This document shows, piece by piece, positions 22,230-24,000 of a stretch of DNA of 24,000 bases. Within the stretch, counting starts at the first letter, position 1, and each line of letters opens with the position of its first letter. The translations under genes and the position numbers were made by a program. The stretch spans positions 1,378,518-1,402,517 of the forward strand of contig NZ_JAUSYV010000001.1 of NCBI RefSeq assembly GCF_030817055.1, given 5' to 3'. This DNA comes from Bacillus sp. V2I10. Lineage in GTDB: Bacteria > Bacillota > Bacilli > Bacillales > Bacillaceae. Under the pieces are notes generated by a model. That model was given only the letters and a program-made list of their open reading frames with translations, had not been told where the DNA came from and searched no databases.

Positions 22230-23802
22230 GGATCTGTCTATTCGCTTTTATAATCGTTCTGAAAAAATACTCAGTAGTATTACATTGTCAATAAATAAAG
22301 GGGAGAAAGTATTAATACTGGGGCCTAGCGGGAGTGGGAAATCTACTTTGATTTCCGCTCTTGCAGGTATTATCCCTGAGCATATTGAGGCAGAAGTAAG
22401 TGGTGAAGTATTCCTCAGGAAAGATGCCGGCGTTATGTTTCAAGATCCTGATTCTCAATTTTGTATGCTTCATGTGGGTGAAGAGATTGCTTTTAGTCTC
22501 GAAAACCGATCTATTCCGCGAAACGATATGGACAAAATGATTACTGACTTGATGGATAAAGTAGGGCTAAAGATTGATAAGAAAACACCAATTGAAACAT
22601 TATCCGGTGGTATGAAACAAAGATTGGCATTAGCTTGTTTATTAGCATTAGAACCAGAAGTCTTGTTCTTTGATGAACCAACAGCCCAATTAGACCCTGC
22701 TGGCAGGAACGAGATATTTGATTTATTGAATCAAATTTCCCAAAAGACAAACCAAACAATGGTTTTTGTAGAACATGTATTAGACGGCTGCATTGAATGG
22801 ATGGATAGGGTCGTTATCATAAATGAAACTGGGCGTATTATCGGGGATGGGAAGCCAAAAGAGATTCTGCTGAATTTTAATAATCAAATGAAAGAAGCTG
22901 GTATTTGGCGGCCGAAATTATTTCCGGAAAAATGGAAGGAAGTTGTTCATAATAGTTCACACCCGCTATCTATCAAACTTTCAAATATGATAGAAACGAA
23001 GTCAATAGTAAAAACCAAAGAATACAAAAAAGAGGATATTTCTATCAGCATCGAAAATGTTGAAATTGGTTATAGGAAGAAGGCAATAGTGAGAGACATT
23101 AATATAAGAATCCATAAAGGGGAATGGATTTCGATCGTCGGTGAAAATGGAAGTGGGAAAAGCACCTTCTTAAAAAGTCTTATTCGCTTGGAGCCAATTA
23201 AAAAAGGGAAAATTCACTTTCAAGATACTGAACTGAAAAAATGGTCAGATCGAGAATTATATGAAAAAGCTGGCTTTGTTTTTCAAAATCCAGAACTTCA
23301 ATTTATAACGGATACTGTATTTGAAGAAATTGCCTTTGGCGGCCGACAAAGAAATTGGCCTGAAGAGCTAATTAATACAAAAACAAACCAATTACTGCAG
23401 GAGTTTGGATTGGAATCTTATCACAATGCTCACCCTTTTACATTGAGTTTAGGACAAAAACGGCGGTTAAGTGTTGCGACTATGTTGTTGTTTGATCAAA
23501 ATTTATTATTACTTGATGAACCAACTTTCGGTCAGGATGAAAAGACAGCCAGAGAGCTTATTAAACGCCTAAAAGAGAGACAGGAACAGGGAACAACCAT
23601 TGTAATGGTGACTCACGATATGGATTTAGTTGATGATTTTTCAGATAAAGTAATTCTCTTCAACAAGGGGAGAGTGACATATCAAGGGACACCTTATCGT
23701 TTGTTTTCTGATCAAAATCTTTTATGTGAAAGTGCGTTAATTCCGCCGCTCCATTACCAATTGATGCATGCACGAAAGGAGAGTATTTATTATGAAGTCT
23801 AA
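22207..23802 (+). CDS. ykoD: ECF transporter ATPase with duplicated ABC domains, YkoD-like
   Basis: 531-aa ORF with two Walker A motifs (GPSGSGKST, GENGSGKST), two signature-like motifs (LSGGMKQRL, LSLGQKRRL) and two Walker B motifs (LFFDEPT, LLLDEPT). It overlaps ykoE by 23 nt. Confidence 0.85.
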   Translation: MEMFLGCKDLSIRFYNRSEKILSSITLSINKGEKVLILGPSGSGKSTLISALAGIIPEHIEAEVSGEVFLRKDAGVMFQDPDSQFCMLHVGEEIAFSLENRSIPRNDMDKMITDLMDKVGLKIDKKTPIETLSGGMKQRLALACLLALEPEVLFFDEPTAQLDPAGRNEIFDLLNQISQKTNQTMVFVEHVLDGCIEWMDRVVIINETGRIIGDGKPKEILLNFNNQMKEAGIWRPKLFPEKWKEVVHNSSHPLSIKLSNMIETKSIVKTKEYKKEDISISIENVEIGYRKKAIVRDINIRIHKGEWISIVGENGSGKSTFLKSLIRLEPIKKGKIHFQDTELKKWSDRELYEKAGFVFQNPELQFITDTVFEEIAFGGRQRNWPEELINTKTNQLLQEFGLESYHNAHPFTLSLGQKRRLSVATMLLFDQNLLLLDEPTFGQDEKTARELIKRLKERQEQGTTIVMVTHDMDLVDDFSDKVILFNKGRVTYQGTPYRLFSDQNLLCESALIPPLHYQLMHARKESIYYEV

Positions 23803-24000
23803 CCATTCATTCCTCGCTACTCTAAATCCTTCATGCAAATTACTTTCCCATTTTTTGATTATGTTTATATTAATGACAATTTCACATCCAAAAGTTACTT
23901 TTTTGATATGGTTTTTTGCGGTATTACTCGGGATTTTTTTAGGCGGATGGAGAATTTCCTTCCTCATGAAAAGGCTTTTTCCTTATTTAGGTTTTTTTAT
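23792..24000 (+). CDS. ykoC: ECF transporter transmembrane (T) component, YkoC/EcfT-like, 5' part only (runs off the window)
   Basis: ATG 23792 overlaps the ykoD end by 11 nt. It reads MKSNHSFLATLNPSCKLLSHFLIMFILMTISHPKVTFLIWFFAVLLGIFLGGWRISFLMKRLFPYLGFF... It is hydrophobic and in the expected operon position. It is absent from the ORF track because no stop falls inside the window. Confidence 0.7.
   Translation, partial: MKSNHSFLATLNPSCKLLSHFLIMFILMTISHPKVTFLIWFFAVLLGIFLGGWRISFLMKRLFPYLGFF

Noticed and set aside
50-23967. Many short ORF-track entries are nested in or antisense to well-supported genes. They are 50-238, 451-669, 1412-1594, 1610-1843, 1818-2126, 2015-2230, 2352-2651, 2381-2584, 5558-5785, 5948-6133, 6159-6503, 6748-7077, 8234-8485, 8384-8632, 8636-8875, 8863-9144, 10481-10813, 11375-11686, 15828-16097, 16225-16452, 16855-17046, 19814-20095, 20316-20606, 21470-21670, 22541-22759 and 23737-23967.
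   Set aside because: They overlap genes with strong family signatures and lack Shine-Dalgarno sequences. Their translations are low-complexity or have atypical composition, as expected for shadow ORFs.
1-24000. I looked for CRISPR arrays, defence-system genes (nucleases, helicases, methylases, TIR/STAND-type ATPases, reverse transcriptases), prophage genes, transposases and integrases.
   Set aside because: I saw no regularly spaced direct repeats, and none of the translated ORFs carries such signatures. The only mobility hints are the 40-bp dispersed repeat and the pseudogene debris, which are reported above.

Overview
This is a low-GC, Bacillaceae-like chromosomal segment with GGAGG-type ribosome-binding sites (RBS), hairpin terminators, CcpA catabolite-responsive element (cre) candidates and a THI-box. 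It is mostly ordinary accessory metabolism separated by decayed intergenic DNA. Contents in order: (1) the tail of an aldehyde dehydrogenase, an L-rhamnonate-dehydratase-like enolase-superfamily gene and an anion:cation-symporter MFS permease. (2) About 930 bp with no long ORF, holding gene debris. (3) A same-strand cluster of a GAF+PucR-HTH regulator, an aldehyde dehydrogenase, a beta-hydroxyacid dehydrogenase and two translationally coupled membrane proteins of unassigned family. (4) An orphan small ORF and a Bcr/CflA-type MFS efflux gene. (5) A decay zone with a YVTN beta-propeller fragment, an intact NlpC/P60 wall hydrolase, an RpiR-type pseudogene, an orphan squalene/phytoene-synthase-like gene and a Rap/TPR C-terminal fragment. 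(6) A universal stress protein. (7) A minus-strand unit of RpiR regulator, PTS EIICB, MalY/PatB-type C-S lyase and RidA. (8) A TPP riboswitch controlling tenA-ykoE-ykoD-ykoC, which runs off the window end. I found no rRNA, tRNA, CRISPR array, transposase, integrase or recognisable defence genes. The best candidates for undescribed biology are the GAF-PucR operon with its unusual two-gene membrane carrier, the PTS/C-S-lyase/RidA operon, and a ~40-bp repeat present in three copies, two of which bracket the PTS module. All family assignments rest on reading motifs by eye and on recalled sequences; no database search was run.
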